Positions 29,132 through 43,002 of a stretch of DNA of 64,000 nt are shown piece by piece (the first letter of the stretch is position 1; every line of letters begins with the position of its first letter). The position numbers and the translations under genes are program-made. The notes under the pieces are model-generated. The model saw only the letters and a program-made list of their open reading frames with translations, made no database searches and was not told the origin of the DNA. The DNA is from Eledone cirrhosa. Its lineage: Eukaryota. Location of the stretch: NCBI GenBank assembly GCA_964016885.1, contig OZ024741.1, forward strand, positions 170,686,001-170,750,000. The letters run 5' to 3'.

Positions 29132-29677
29132 AGATCATATGTTTATGTCAGTTTTAAACTAGTAAGATCTTTATTCAGCAGACTACTTGGTAGAGTAGAG
29201 TGTAAATATATTAGACAATCTGGACAGGTACACGACCCCGCATATATATTCATGTAATTGCCATTTTATAAATTATTGAGTTCATAGCTGAAAGATAAAT
29301 GCGATTTATTGTTTCAAATACTTTACTGTAACTACAACTAAAAATATTATTTTTAACTTTCTTGTTGACGTTTTGCTTCGATTCGGTGTTGTTGGTGTAT
29401 TAGTGTTCACCTATGCTGTTTGTAGCAACCCTTATACACAGATATTTAGACAGATATCCCTATGCTTTCGCATAAAATGTGTCTTCAGAGAATATGATCA
29501 GAAGAATAAGACATTACTGTTGGAGATATAATTCATCTTATATTTAATGAATAGTCTCCTATAGATTTGCTCTGTGTATGTATGTATCTATGTATGTATG
29601 TATGTATGTATGTATGCTTGCATGTGTGAATGAACGTATATGTATATGTATATATATATAAATATATATATATATAT

Positions 29678-30750
29678 AAATAGAAAAAATGAAATTTCAT
29701 TTCTCACTCTTAGTACGGCTGATACAGTATGTATACGTACATATACATATATGTATACAGAAGTACACTAGTATGTATATACATACATGCACACATATAT
29801 ATATATGTACGTATGGGTTAACTGAACATTTATAATGCTCAGTTTGTTTGTAAACAAACAGCCCGAATTATTAGCCGTACAGTGTTCGGCAACCATCGTT
29901 ACCCATTTGTTCAACACTGACAAAGGAACGATGAACTAGTTTTTAGCATATTAGCTGTCATCAGCACCGTATACCTTCCTGTAAGTCGATTAAACTTTTG
30001 AAAGTATATAGTTTCCTTATGCATATTAACAGCTGAGCAGACTAATTTGCATATCGAGTGAGTTAGTTGGCCGGGTGTACCGAAAACAATAAATGGAAAA
30101 AATGAAATTTCATTTCTCACTCTTAGTACGGCTGATACTTCAATATCAGTATGTATACGTACATGCATATATGTATACAGACGTCCACTAGCATGTATAT
30201 ACATACATACATGCACACATATATATATATATATATGTACGTATGGGTTTACCGAACATTTATTCTACTTTTGGCACAAGGCCAGCACATATTCAGTGAA
30301 TTACTGGTACTTTATTTCATCGACCCCGTAAGGATGAAAGGCAAAGTTAACCTCGGCGGGATTTGAACTCAGTATGGTAAGGACCGTAACACTATGTGTC
30401 AAAGCATGGCGTCCGACCCTCTAACGATACTGCCAATCCACTGTATTATAATGCTCGGTTTGTTTGTAAACAAACAGCCAAAATTATTCGCCGTACAGTT
30501 TTTGGCAACCATCGTTGCTCTTTTGTTCAACACTGACAAAGGAACGATGAACTACTTTCTAGCTTATTCGCTGTCATCAGCACTGTATAACTTCCTGTAT
30601 AATAATTCGGGCTGTTTGTTTACAAACAAACCGAGCATTATAATAAATGTTCGGTAAACCCATACGTACATATATATATGTGTGCATGTATGTATATACA
30701 TACTAGTGTACGTCTATATACATATATGTATGTACGTATACATACTGATA
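29678..30750 (-). mobile_element. Family H1 tandem dimer plus inverted arm; SINE A inserted at ~30262-30442
   Basis: Units start ~29683 and ~30095; decayed hammerheads at 29928-29970 and 30544-30586; inverted arm 30600-30750. Confidence 0.8.
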
Positions 30751-30761
30751 TATATATATAT

Positions 30762-30892
30762 ATTCACGATAAATTAACGGAGCCATAGTGTCTCGCCATT
30801 CCCTGTAAAACTGGTGGTTTTTTCCCTGTTTTATTGATGGCGCACAGTATATCTCTCTCTGGTGTGTTACCTTTTCAACATATTGTATTTTA
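30762..30892. mobile_element. Family H7 fragment (inverted tail plus 3' segment)
   Basis: Matches 48488-48650. Confidence 0.7.
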
Positions 30893-30932
30893 TATATAAA
30901 TTCATATACAGAGAGAGAGGGGGAGAGAAAGA

Positions 30933-31028
<96 letters not shown>

Positions 31029-31641
31029 GAGATAGTACAGAGATACATAGAGCGAAAGAAAGAGAGGATTGAGAGGTGAGAGAATGACTATGTGAGAGAG
31101 TGAGTGAGAAAGAGAGTCGGTTTTTGTATATTGTGTATTTGTGCAAATATCACAACGTTTAAGCAATTTACAGTTTGTTTTGTTATCCATGAAAATATTC
31201 ATGATAGAAAGAAATTTTTGATAACTCATATTGGAAAATATTTCATACTGTATAACACCTGGTTATAGTTGTATCTGATAATGTATAGAAACAGGTGTGA
31301 AAGTTAGAATAACGAACAATTATGAATTATGAACAAACTATTGCAAGTGCTATACAGAATTCTAGTTGAAACACATTTTACACTCACTTTTTAATCTTTG
31401 CTTGTTTGAGAGGTTGAATTTGCTCAACACTTGGTATGTATAGTGTAAATGAACACAAAACAAAATGAAAAACAGAAACAAGTAAAGTAAACAAAACATG
31501 TTTTAAAAAACTGTCAGATGGGGATGTGAAGTTCCTGATATCAAAGATGAATAAATCAACCTTCTAATAATAAACAGTTATACATACGTTGGCCAACTTA
31601 TATGTTACGAAATACATACATAATAAACACCTATACATTTT

Positions 31642-31716
<75 letters not shown>

Positions 31717-32609
31717 ACATACACACAAACATACAAATATATATAGGTACACACACACACACACATACACACACACACACACATATATATATATATCTAC
31801 TATATAAATTGGACGTGGTCGGACGTTGTATATTTAAGAAAGTAAGTAAGTGTAGTCAGATAAACGTCGAAACGGCTTGGTGAAATGCAGCGAAAATTTA
31901 CACAGTTATGCATAATGACCCCAGGAGGCGTTGGGTCGACTTTCAAGCTACAAGCTTCCATGGTTATGGTGAAAGTCGATGAAACAGGAATTTCCCATTC
32001 AAATTGAACTGAGAGTAATCTGTGAAAGCAGAAGTAAATATTTCGAGAAACGTTCCAACCGAACGAAAACAGGAAGACGATATTTTGGTTCGTGAAGACG
32101 TTCCCTGGCAATGAACGGGAAAAAAGCGAGGATAATACGTCGTTATGTGGAGCGGGAAGAACAATTTCATGCAAAGACAAGAACTAGTCGTTAGACTAAT
32201 ATTCTATTTATCATAACAGAATGATTTCCAGTCCCGGAGTTTAAGAATGATGTAAATCAAATTGAAAACGAAAATGACAGAGGTTATTAAAATAGTAAAA
32301 GTAAATAGTGAAGATTTAGGCCAGTACATACGTATGACCCGACGGACAGACGCATAACATACGCACACACAAATAAATAACCCCTCCCCCCACACACACA
32401 AACACACACACACACAAACACACAGACGAGCGCGCGCGTGTATAAACCTTATGCATTCTACAGTATTTTCACCAAACTTAAGACATAGGTTACTTATGTA
32501 CTTCGGATGGTCATGGGCTCTTTCATTTTTCCAGATATTGATTATAGGGCCTCCCGGCAGATAACCCTCTTTAACCACTGTCTTGGTGTCGACTGAAGCA
32601 CTGCAGTGC

Positions 32610-32874
32610 AATGCAACAAAACGTCATAACTTCTGGAGCTCGCAACCGATTTTCACAAAACTTGACACATGGGCTACGTTAGTCCTACAGATGAATGTGA
32701 ACTCTCAGAATTGGCACATATTGAGTAGGGGTCTCCTGGGGACAGGAACCTCCTTTTGGAAAAAGCCGATGATTTTGTAAAAGTATAGTTTTCGAAGCAG
32801 CACTGAAGTATTGACATAAATGGTATACACAACTGCTATTTAATACCCAAGCAACGCCGGGTACCTCTGCTAGT
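32610..32874 (+). mobile_element. Non-autonomous Helitron-like 3' end
   Basis: Hairpin tacccaagcaacgccgggta followed by CTAG|T; upstream ccgattttcacaaaacttg motif. Confidence 0.6.
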
Positions 32875-33034
32875 ATATATATATATATAAACAGGAGCAT
32901 AAATATCTTTGAGATTAAGCAATTCGGTGTGTACCTATATGGCGCCTTGGGTTGCCCAATGCTTTGTTAGTGAATTTGGTAGACAGAACTTTTCAAAAGC
33001 CCTCGTATTTATACATATATTTTTGAAGGGAAAC

Positions 33035-33315
33035 TAAAGAGTTTGCATTGATTGAATGGAAGGCACTCCGTCAGTTACGATGACAGTGTTCCAGTTGATC
33101 CGATCATTGGAACAGACGGCTCGTGAAATTAACTTGCATTCCACAGACACGCGTACTCTTAATGTAGTTCTCGGGGAGATTCGGGTACAACACATATTTG
33201 CCAGCTGAGTGAACTGGAACAACGTGAAATAAAATGTCTTTCCCAAGAATACAACGTGCCACCGGGAATCGAACTCATGAGCCGAATGCCCTAACCACAA
33301 AGCCACGTGTCTTCA
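33035..33315 (-). mobile_element. tRNA-derived SINE, family B
   Basis: Minus-strand A-box gtggctttgtggttagg, B-box gagttcgattcc, then ttcttgggaaagacattttatttcacgttg; related copy at 54406-54620. Confidence 0.75.
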
Positions 33316-33627
33316 CATGGATAATCATTGGTTAAATGCATGTCGGGAGGTTTTCCAGTTAACGAAAAAGAGCAATTGTGCACAAACATTTATAATTCGA
33401 GATATCGAATTAGTTTTCTCTAAACAAGATAGTGGTAAGCTCAATGTGTTGTTACGATTATTAATCATGAAAATCAAATAAAGCCAAGCTAAGGTCCAAA
33501 GCAGTATTACAGAGCATTAATATGTATTGAAAGTAAAACCAACGAGTTTGCAGGGATAGCCTTTGGTTAATACCTTGACAAGAGTATATTCAGCTGAAAA
33601 AGAAAAAGGATAATATCAATACATATT

Positions 33628-33757
33628 AATTGTTTCTACTTTTGGCACAATGCCAGCAATTGCCCAGTGCATTTCTGGTACTTTATTTTATCCACCTCGT
33701 AACTCTATGCGTCAAAGCATGGCGTCCGACTCTCTACTGATACTGACAATCCACCCC
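33628..33757 (-). mobile_element. Family A SINE (internally deleted)
   Basis: Tail and head match. Confidence 0.8.
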
Positions 33758-34059
33758 TTTAACATCAATAGATATTAAAGCTGTGTGATCCTGCGTATCT
33801 TCCAATCTTTCGGGTCTTACTTCCTGAACTTATTTGATCTACATCATTAATAATCATGACAATGTTTTGAGCTTCCCATCATCTTCTTTAGTCAAAACTA
33901 AGTGGATATCTCCATTTATAAATCTACACGATGGAAATTGTTAACAATAGAGTCTGAAAATGTCGCGAGATACAAATAGGGACACCAACGGTGCATCTAT
34001 GCTCACCGTAAAAGATGCAATTCATGGAAATTATGGCTGGATATTTGCTGTTAATAAAT

Positions 34060-34257
34060 AACTGTTTCTACTTTTGGTACAAGGCCAGCAATTAGCCAGT
34101 GCATTACTGGTACTTTATTTTATCCACCCCGTAAGGATGAAAGGCAAAGTTAACCTCGGTGGAATTTGAACTCAGACCATAAAGGGACATAACTCTATGG
34201 TAACTAAATAACGCAAACCATTTTGTCCGACACTCTACTGACACAGCTAATCCACTG
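34060..34257 (-). mobile_element. Family A SINE
   Basis: Core match. Confidence 0.85.
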
Positions 34258-35157
34258 ACTTGATAACAGATCTAATTTTTATCTTTCATTGCAGTCACCC
34301 TCTTTCTGTTTTCTTCCCACATTTTGAGATGTTCTCTTTTTGGCATGTCTCAAAATTTCCTAATACTTCACTTTCAGTATCAAGTGGGTTATGAATGAAA
34401 TAGAAAAACAATCAGTGCAATGAACACAAAATAAACACCTGCTGCATTTAATTTTAGTCGTGTTAAAACATTTTATAGCAACATGGGCTTTCAATGATAT
34501 CTCTTACGAAATCGATAGATTAAGTAACAGATTAAGATTAAAATATGTACAAAGTTCGATATAACGGAATAAATATTATTGAATTTGAACGTGGTTTAAC
34601 AGTCAGCCTCCAATGAAATGACTGAAACAAGCAAAGCACTCACACAGACAAACACACGCAAACATACACACACACACACAGATACACACACGTACGCACA
34701 TACACACACATACGCACACACACACATACACACACTAAAAGGAAGGAAACAAACAAACACACACACATATACATAATGAGTAACACACAAATTTCGTATT
34801 GATTTGTTCTTTAATATTTATGTTTCTAATTGTCATTAATTAATTGCTTGAATTTGACAGCTGTACACTAATTTTTCAGAGTAACAACATTTACATAAAT
34901 AGTCACTCTACCACACTCCCAATTAAGCTATTAATTATATTTCATTTAGGAATATATATATTTTTTAATTATAAGACTAATGTAATTAGCTTTTGTAGTA
35001 TATATATTTAAAATATACTTTTCCTACATATATTGTAGTAGAATGCTTTAGTTTATCTCTTGGTTATTGCTTTCTCGAAATTGTTGTTGCCATGTGAGCT
35101 GTGATTCATTAGTCATATCTATTTATTTCAAATAAATCCTGGGCTTACACTCTTCAG

Positions 35158-35216
35158 ATGAACACAGACAAGCCATTGAAAATGAAGTACTCAAGGAGAT
35201 TCAAAATAAATGCGTG
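35158..35216 (+). CDS. Candidate small exon (EHRQAIENEVLKEIQNKCV)
   Basis: ctcttcag acceptor, gtaata donor, protein-like composition; unverified. Confidence 0.25.
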
Positions 35217-35309
35217 GTAATATTTCAAAATTAAAACACTGTTGTCATAAAGAAGTAACGCGTTTGGTACGAAACAAATGCCTTTTGTTGAACTTACTGG
35301 TGTAATAAA

Positions 35310-35513
35310 GATTTCTGATTTAGGCACAAGGACAACAATTTTGTGGGAGGGGAAAGTCGATTAAATCAATCTGTTACTTTATTTGATCAACCCTGTAAGG
35401 ATGAAAAGCAAAGCTAACATTGGCAAGATTTGAACTCAGAACGTAACGGGGCGTAACCCTATGCTATAAAGCATGTTGTCCCGCGCTCTACCGATATTGC
35501 ACATCCACCGCCT
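35310..35513 (-). mobile_element. Family A SINE (older subfamily)
   Basis: Core and B-box match. Confidence 0.8.
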
Positions 35514-35549
35514 TAGGTAACAATAAATATTACAATAAATAATAACAGA

Positions 35550-36300
35550 ATTCCCTAATAGAGGGGTGGAGCATCATGCAGGTGTAGTATAGGAATCCCA
35601 CAATTCCCAAACCACCCTACTCCCGAGAGAACCCCATCAGAAGGTGCTCCTCTCTTCTCTAAATTCTACAGCTTACAGGCGCATTGTCAGATGAAGATTA
35701 TTCGCTCGGGCTATCCTCACATTAATCACCCACCTTTTAACAATTATACAGGGGTAAAACACTTCCCTACCCACCCTCAACTTCCTTTCCTTGAAAAGGT
35801 TGATGAAAGCTTGGCTGAAGAGGAAAGTGTTTGTCTTTAGTTGTTTCAGCCGCATCCACCACACAACCTCTTTCATTAGAGCCTCCAAAGGAAAACTGCC
35901 TGCTCGCCCCGGCCAAACGAAGGTGGTCTTCACGATGGAATGGGTCGATAATTATAGCTGTTTGACAAAACTTTACCAGTCAGCAATGCTCGGACAGCTA
36001 GTGAGTGCCTTCCGAACGGTTACGTCAGTCAGCGCGCATCTCGGACAGGTATGTCTGACAGCACTTGGTACTTGTAGAAATTGTCTCGAACCGTCAGTGC
36101 ATCCTCTATAGCACTGACAAACTAGGGATTTCTAGAAATAGTCCATAGTCCTCGACTTAAACGTTCCCCGGAAGACTGGTGACTTCGATATGACCGACGC
36201 CTAGAATCTCTCCGAGGAAGTCGTCGTTTTAACCCTCAATAAGTCATCTATAGAACACTAAACTGGAATTTTACTGACTGCATTACCCGATTGGTAGAGG
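35550..36300 (-). mobile_element. Decayed L1/Tx1-type LINE 3' end
   Basis: TCPRCALTDVTV...CPSIADW knuckle remnant; KEVVWWMRLKQLKTNTFLFSQAFINLFK...KRWV. Confidence 0.65.
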
Positions 36301-37308
36301 GTTTTGAGCACCTGATAACATTCCAATTGCTAGGCGCTCTATTCGTAATCATTGGATTAACTCAGGATGCTCTTCACCCTTCGCACCTGTTGATATTAAA
36401 CCGTACTGAGCTTAAACTTCCCTTTGCCAAATGTTTAGATGTTAGCTCAACTTGTCTGAACTCATATATGCGTATATTCTCGGCGCTTAAAAGAGCGAAT
36501 ATTTGGCTTACGTACATTGTTTTTCTACACATCTATGTCTCTCTGACAGCCTGGCAGTCAGCCTGCTGACATCTGTAAACTGTTGTCAATATATGTAGTA
36601 AAAATACGGTGGAAAAGTTGCCATGATCCATTAGTTTAATGGTTAAAGTGTCTAAATAGTATCTGGGAGATATGTGTTTAATTCCTTATAGCGGCCGATG
36701 ACAACTTAATTTATTGAGGGTCTTTTAAGGGAATTCACCCTATCTGATAAGCTATTTTGTAGCATCTATGTGCTTCGGCACATCATTCTGTATACTTATA
36801 TATATATATAAATTTGAGCGACCTCCACCGTCCGACCGTAACACAATGAGGGAGGAAGGGATGATGAAATGACACACTAGAGATGATTGCAGAAGGAACG
36901 GATAATGACGTCACACACTAAAGAAGATTGAGGAAGGAAGGGGTGTGACGTCACGTATATTTATATAGAGATGACGCTCACATTTATATAGAGTTATATT
37001 TTTAAACGTGGGGAATATATGCGTGTGTGTGTGTTTATGTGTGTTTATGTGTGTTTATGTGTGTGCGTGTATGTGTATGTGTGTGTGTGTATATATATTT
37101 ATATTTAGGCCTTGTAAAGTCCAGTTAATGTAGGTTCACCACAGCAAACACTCGATGAAAAAAAATATATATATAAATTCTCAGCGCTTAATAATCCGAA
37201 AATTAGGTTTACGTACATATATTTATATCTATATATATCAATATCTATCTATCTATATATATAGTGATGAAACATAAGTCAATTGCATGAACTCATATTC
37301 CTTTATTT

Positions 37309-37364
37309 ACTACTATATATATTTCAATGATAGCCATTGAATGGCTATGACCTCATCAGGCAGT
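37309..37364 (-). ncRNA. Type I hammerhead ribozyme (family H5)
   Basis: actgc CTGATGA ggtcatagccattcaatggctatcatt GAA ATATATAT A gtagt. Confidence 0.88.
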
Positions 37365-37404
37365 TAGTCAGTTCTTAGATATGCCAACTTTGTGTCTATG
37401 GTGT

Positions 37405-37503
37405 TGATGGTATCAGAGCCTTTTCGACGGCTATTTCTGGACTCCAGAGTTCAGAAATAGCCGTCGAAACGTCTTGAGCTCTGCCGTCGGGGTCATACTT
37501 GTT

Positions 37504-37507
<4 letters not shown>
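37405..37507 (+). mobile_element. Family H8 foldback: hammerhead 3' half with hairpin at the centre
   Basis: gacggctatttctggactc ca gagttcagaaatagccgtc GAAAC...GCCGTC; homologs at 47303-47385, 52785-52985 and 54130-54330. Confidence 0.7.
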
Positions 37508-37565
<58 letters not shown>

Positions 37566-37570
<5 letters not shown>

Positions 37571-37950
37571 GAGAGTAAAACAAAGAATCCTTTAATACAT
37601 CAAAAGTTTTTATTAGCCGACAATGTTTCGTCCTATTAAGGACTCATCAGGGCAATCAAAACAACAAGAAGTAATATCGGCAGATACAAGCCGGAAACTC
37701 TAAAGAATATGGAGTGTGCATACACTAAAGTCTTACAAAAATATATGATAATAAAAATGAAAATAATATAAAAATAAAAATAATAAAAATATATAATAAT
37801 AAGAATAACTAAGGATGTAGATAACATTAAGAACCATATTACAAACATAGTCCAAAGCAACTAACCTAAATCTAAACAAATTTGGTTATATAGAGCAGGA
37901 ATTATATATAACACAATGCAATAAACATAATACATTATAATAATATACCT
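37566..37950 (-). mobile_element. Solo 3'-end (pLTR) copy of the 41-47 kb PLE
   Basis: Homologous to 41136-41475; flanked by (TA)n. Confidence 0.88.
37616..37653 (-). ncRNA. Minimal type I hammerhead ribozyme (PLE pLTR)
   Basis: gcc CTGATGA gtcct taat aggac GAA ACATTGT C ggc. Confidence 0.92.
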
Positions 37951-38189
37951 ATATATATATATATATTTGTTTTGCAAGGTTTTTGATATGAAATCGTGTG
38001 AAGAAACAAATATTGTTATACTTGGGGAGGGTCATATTGTTGTTGTAATAATATTGCCAGAAATAATAACAGAACACACTCTCTGTTTGGTTGGTTTTCG
38101 CTTCTCCATAGTATATTTATTTGGCAATCAATGTTTATCATTGACTCACCATCGGTTAAAAATACAGATATAAATATATATAGATGGTT

Positions 38190-38506
38190 TAACAAAGTTC
38201 TTTCGTTGCACATCTGCAACATCAACAGGGATACTCTTATCATGCTCCCTCCTATTGCGTTGTATTGTAATGTTCACACCATTTTTATTTTATTTATTTA
38301 TTTATTTATTTTTGTTCCCGTTTCTGCGCATGCGTTTCCGTGTGTATAATGTTTGGTGTGTGTGTTCGCGTTTGGGTGTATGTCTTTTGGTTTTTGTATT
38401 CTATCTTTGTTTACTAGTGTGTATTTATATGCTTTTGTTGTTATTGTGTATATATTTATTTATTAATTTATATTTCTCTTAAGTCAGTATTGTTTGTTTG
38501 GGTATG

Positions 38507-38510
<4 letters not shown>
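38190..38510 (-). mobile_element. 3' UTR fragment related to the 50-51 kb PLE, with decayed hammerhead
   Basis: Matches 49978-50300; ctgttga t gttgca gatg tgcaac gaaag. Confidence 0.7.
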
Positions 38511-38542
<32 letters not shown>

Positions 38543-38543
38543 C

Positions 38544-38595
<52 letters not shown>

Positions 38596-38730
38596 ATATG
38601 TACGTATATATATATATGTATATATATATGTATATGTTTATATATATGTATATACATCTATATTTACATGTATATATGTATATATATATATATATGTGTG
38701 TCTCTGTGTGTGTGTATGTACACACACACA

Positions 38731-38780
<50 letters not shown>

Positions 38781-38792
38781 TATATATATACA

Positions 38793-40050
38793 TATCATAA
38801 ATCGTGTCTATAGAATCAATCAGATATTAAAATATATACTATTTCTTCTTCTAATCAGCAAAATCAACCATATACCTAATCAAATCTAGCAAGCTTTAAG
38901 TATACATTTTCTAACGGGGAAATCTCCGACAAATAATTGACCGCAGCCAGTTCGCGATAACTCCGTTCCATTATTTATCAAACACTTCGGCAGCATGCAG
39001 AATCCGATCAAATACATCGTCAACCGCACGTAATTAGTAGTAAAATTAAACTTAGAAGAAATGCGCACATACCGATCGGATTCTGCATGCTGCCGAAGTG
39101 TTTGATAAATAATGGGACGGAGTTATCGCGAACTAGCTGCGGTCAATTATTTGTCGGAGATTTCCCCGTTAGAAAATTTATTCTTAAAGCTTGCTAGATT
39201 TGATTAGGTATATGGTTGATTTTGCTGATTAGAAGAAGAAATAATATATATTTTAATATCTGATTGATTCTATAGACCCGATTTATGATATAATGCTTTG
39301 ATTTTTTTATTTTAATCTATTAATTCTTCATTGAGCTTAAAAGTGAACAGTTGCAACACATATATGTATCCTTGATTTAATTTAATTTAATTTTATGTAT
39401 GTGATAACCTCTATATTTAATAATCTCCCTATCGGTTGAGATTACATTTGGCGATATATGGCTGCGCTTTCTAGCAGCATGCCTACCCGCCGCAAGCAGC
39501 CAATCACACGCTTTCTCTGTGGCTGGTACACAGCTACATAGCGATCTTAGCCATTTTTGAATCTAAATTTGGCGCGGTCGGTCTGAGAAATTAAATGTCT
39601 ATTTCTGAGTTTGTCTCCTGATGATTCCCGACTCAAAGCAAGTCCAGATTATTTGGATGTCCTAAACAAGGAAGAAACCATGGTAGAGATATAATTACGG
39701 TATGTGCGCATTTCTTCTAAGTTTAATTTTGCTACTAATTACGTGCGGTTGACGATGTATTTGATCGGATTCTGCATGCTGCCGAAGTGTTTGATAAATA
39801 ATGGGACAGAGTTATCGCGAACTAGCTGCGGTCAATTATTTGTCGGAGATTTCCCCGTTAGAAAATTTATTCTTAAAGCTTGCTAGATTTGATTAGGTAT
39901 ATGGTTGATTATGCTGATTAGAAGAAGAAATAGTATATATTTTAATATCTGATTGATTCTATAGACACGATTTATGATATAATGCTCTGATTTTTTTATT
40001 TTAATTTATTAATTCTTCATTGAGCTTAAAAGTGAACAGTTGCAACACAT
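38793..40050 (+). mobile_element. Family H6: inverted arm, partial repeat and ~690-bp unit
   Basis: 38793-39074 inverted; 39074-39362 repeated at 39762-40050; GCTC/GAGC 39984-40025. Confidence 0.88.
39612..39691 (+). ncRNA. Type I hammerhead ribozyme with large loop 2 (H6)
   Basis: tgtctc CTGATGA ttcc...ggaa GAA ACCATGGT A gagata. Confidence 0.85.
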
Positions 40051-40073
40051 ATATATATATACATATATATATG

Positions 40074-40155
<82 letters not shown>

Positions 40156-40300
40156 CATATATAAATATATCAATATGTAGGAGGGGAGTTTTATTGTAGC
40201 ACCATAAAGCAATGCAAATATCGGATAAGTAACACTCAACAGTTTATAGGACTGGAGTATAAATAATATAAGATCAAAAGATGGTTAAAAGAGTTCCATG

Positions 40301-40365
40301 TATTTTATTATGCGCATTTCAAAAACAAATATCATCATGGGATGATATTTGCGTTCTCATCAGAT
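40301..40365 (-). ncRNA. Hammerhead ribozyme (H4) inside foldback 40170-40423
   Basis: CTGATGA gaacgcaaatatcatc ccat gatgatatttgttttt GAA ATGCGCAT A ataaaata. Confidence 0.8.
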
Positions 40366-40812
40366 GAAATGCGCATAAAAAAATACATGGAACTCTTTTA
40401 ACCATCTTTTGATCTTATATTATATATATATATATACATATATATATATTCCTTCCATATACTATACCTTATTTTTCTGTTTACCTTTTATATACATACA
40501 CACATACATATATATATATATATACATATTTTACACTGTATTCGACTGATTACATGCACATTAAAGCCACTCATTTTTCAAGTAAAGGCTAAAATAGAGA
40601 TTCCTTGTACCACGTTCTAACTGCAAAATACAAACATTTCACGGCTATTCCTCTGTATACATACTTACATGGATACATACATAAATGAATTTGTACAAGC
40701 AGTCTTAAACATACGCACACACACAATTTTACCCTTCCTTTATATATATATAATTATAAAATAAAGTAATTAAGTCAAATATTTAAAATTTGGCTTCGTT
40801 TATTGAAGATGT

Positions 40813-40867
40813 ACTGCTATATATATTTCGGTGACAGCCATCATTGGCTGTGACCTCTTCAGGCAGT
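40813..40867 (-). ncRNA. Type I hammerhead ribozyme (H5), in fragment ~40755-41000
   Basis: actgc CTGAAGA ggtcacagccaatgatggctgtcacc GAA ATATATAT A gcagt. Confidence 0.9.
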
Positions 40868-41057
40868 CCGAATTGGTGTGGTATAGACAGGTACACATGT
40901 TATTAAAGTGTTTTAATCCGTCAATACTCCGATATGTCCAGCTCCTGATTCGGTTGTTATTTCTCTGAGGAACTGGAATCATATGAATTCTAACAATTCG
41001 CAAGTTGCGTTTCGCTAAATTCTACTCGCCGAAAAGCGATTCTCGCTAAATTTATAT

Positions 41058-41138
<81 letters not shown>

Positions 41139-41183
41139 GAGAGTAAAACAAAGAAGCCTTCAATACATCAAAAGTCTTTATTA

Positions 41184-41221
41184 GCCGACAATGTTTCGTC
41201 CTGTTAAGGACTCATCAGGGC
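41184..41221 (-). ncRNA. Minimal type I hammerhead ribozyme at the PLE 3' end
   Basis: gcc CTGATGA gtcct taac aggac GAA ACATTGT C ggc; differs from the 37616 copy only in loop 2. Confidence 0.92.
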
Positions 41222-43002
41222 AATTAAAACAACAAGAAGTAATATCGGCAGATAAAAGCCGGAAGCTCCGAAGAATATGGAATGTACATACACTGAAGTA
41301 TTACAAAAATATATAATAAAAATATATGATAAAAATTACTAAGGATGTATATATAACATTACGAACCATATTACAAATATAGTCCAAAGCAAAGAAAACA
41401 CTAGAGCTAAACAAAGGTGGTTATATAGAGCAGGAATTATATATAATACAATATAATATACTATAATATACCTTTACCAACATTAAAATTACAATAAAAA
41501 TCAAAAGATACAATATGCATATGTATATATGTGCGCACACATACACACAAATACACATACAACAATACACACATCCATCTTCAACTGCACAAATTAAACC
41601 TTATTAAGAATTTGAATATAAAAATAAGCATGATAGGAATGAAAATAATAATAATAATAATACTAATACATCTATCCAATATACATGAGGTAATAATATG
41701 ATATAATTATAAGTAGCACATATAATAAATAATAAATAATACAATTATATACTATATAATACAATATAATAGAATAGATAATCATCGGTTAATTTACACA
41801 AACAATATAGATGTCACAATAATAATATAATAATGATATATTAACATTTACAATATATAATATACTAACATTTATCATAAACAATATAAATGTACTCAAG
41901 TTAACAAATCAGTTCATATTGGGTTACAGAGTAGGTGAGGAAAAATAAATTGTACAATACCTCAAACAAATGTTGATTGTACAGAAGTACAAACATCTTA
42001 CATGATATATAAAGTTTAACATATCATAATGTTACATATAATTAACGGTAAGTAATAAGGATCAATATTACAATAAAAAATACAATATAATATAATATAT
42101 TATATAAAATAAATTAATACCATATAATATATAATTACTTATAATTACAAGGTTGGTAGACAGACATGTATATGGATGAGTGAGTAAGTGCCAGACAGTA
42201 AATATAATGCACAGTAGTATTACAAATAAAATATAAAATATAAAATATAGAATAAAATAAATAAATAGAATCAACCGGAAATTAAAAAACAAAAACAAAC
42301 GTATACATTTAGGTCTCACATGCAGTTAAGTAGTTAAGTAAAATCTAAGGAAACAACCCCTGTAAATGACTCGAAAACCCTATTTGATAAATTAATATTA
42401 AAAATATTTAAACTATCCAATAAGACAGTATAATATTAGCTATAGTTTAAGTCATTAAAGTTTATAAACGTTAATATTTCGTTCCAAATGTTTACAAAAA
42501 GGAATGAAATTTTGTTATTATCATATACATAACGATATCTAAAAAACTGACTTAAGCAGAATTAAGGTAGGCTAATAGGGACAGAAATGAAGAAATGTAT
42601 GGAGGATGCAAAGGGGCATAAAATATAGTCGATATACTATATTACATAATAGAAAGAAGCGTAAAAGAGGGGGGGTTAAATATAATATAATCATAGTCAA
42701 TTTGGAGGGGTTGACAATAAGTTTATGTGCGCATGGGGGGGGGGTCCAAAGAAGAATCCGAATAAGAATAAAAATAAAAAATAAGAATAAAAAAATGAAT
42801 AGCGTAAAATATATAATCTTATATACATTCATAAGGTGTAACAGTGAAAATTTAATGTGTAAGAAGATAGATATGGTACAGTAGCCAAAAGATTATGAGA
42901 GCTAGAATGAAGAGTCATCAAAAACCAATGATAATAATGATGTTAACAATAATGTTGGCAAACAAAAAGACCTAAACTAAAAAATAAATAATGGAATATA
43001 TC

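Noticed and set aside
36624-36695. tRNA-like segment
   Set aside because: Degenerate B-box and no complete cloverleaf; at most a decayed SINE head
38886-39886. Duplicated 60-aa ORFs (also the 66-aa pair at 54880 and 55429)
   Set aside because: The duplication reflects the inverted or tandem repeat; non-ATG starts and no recognisable domain
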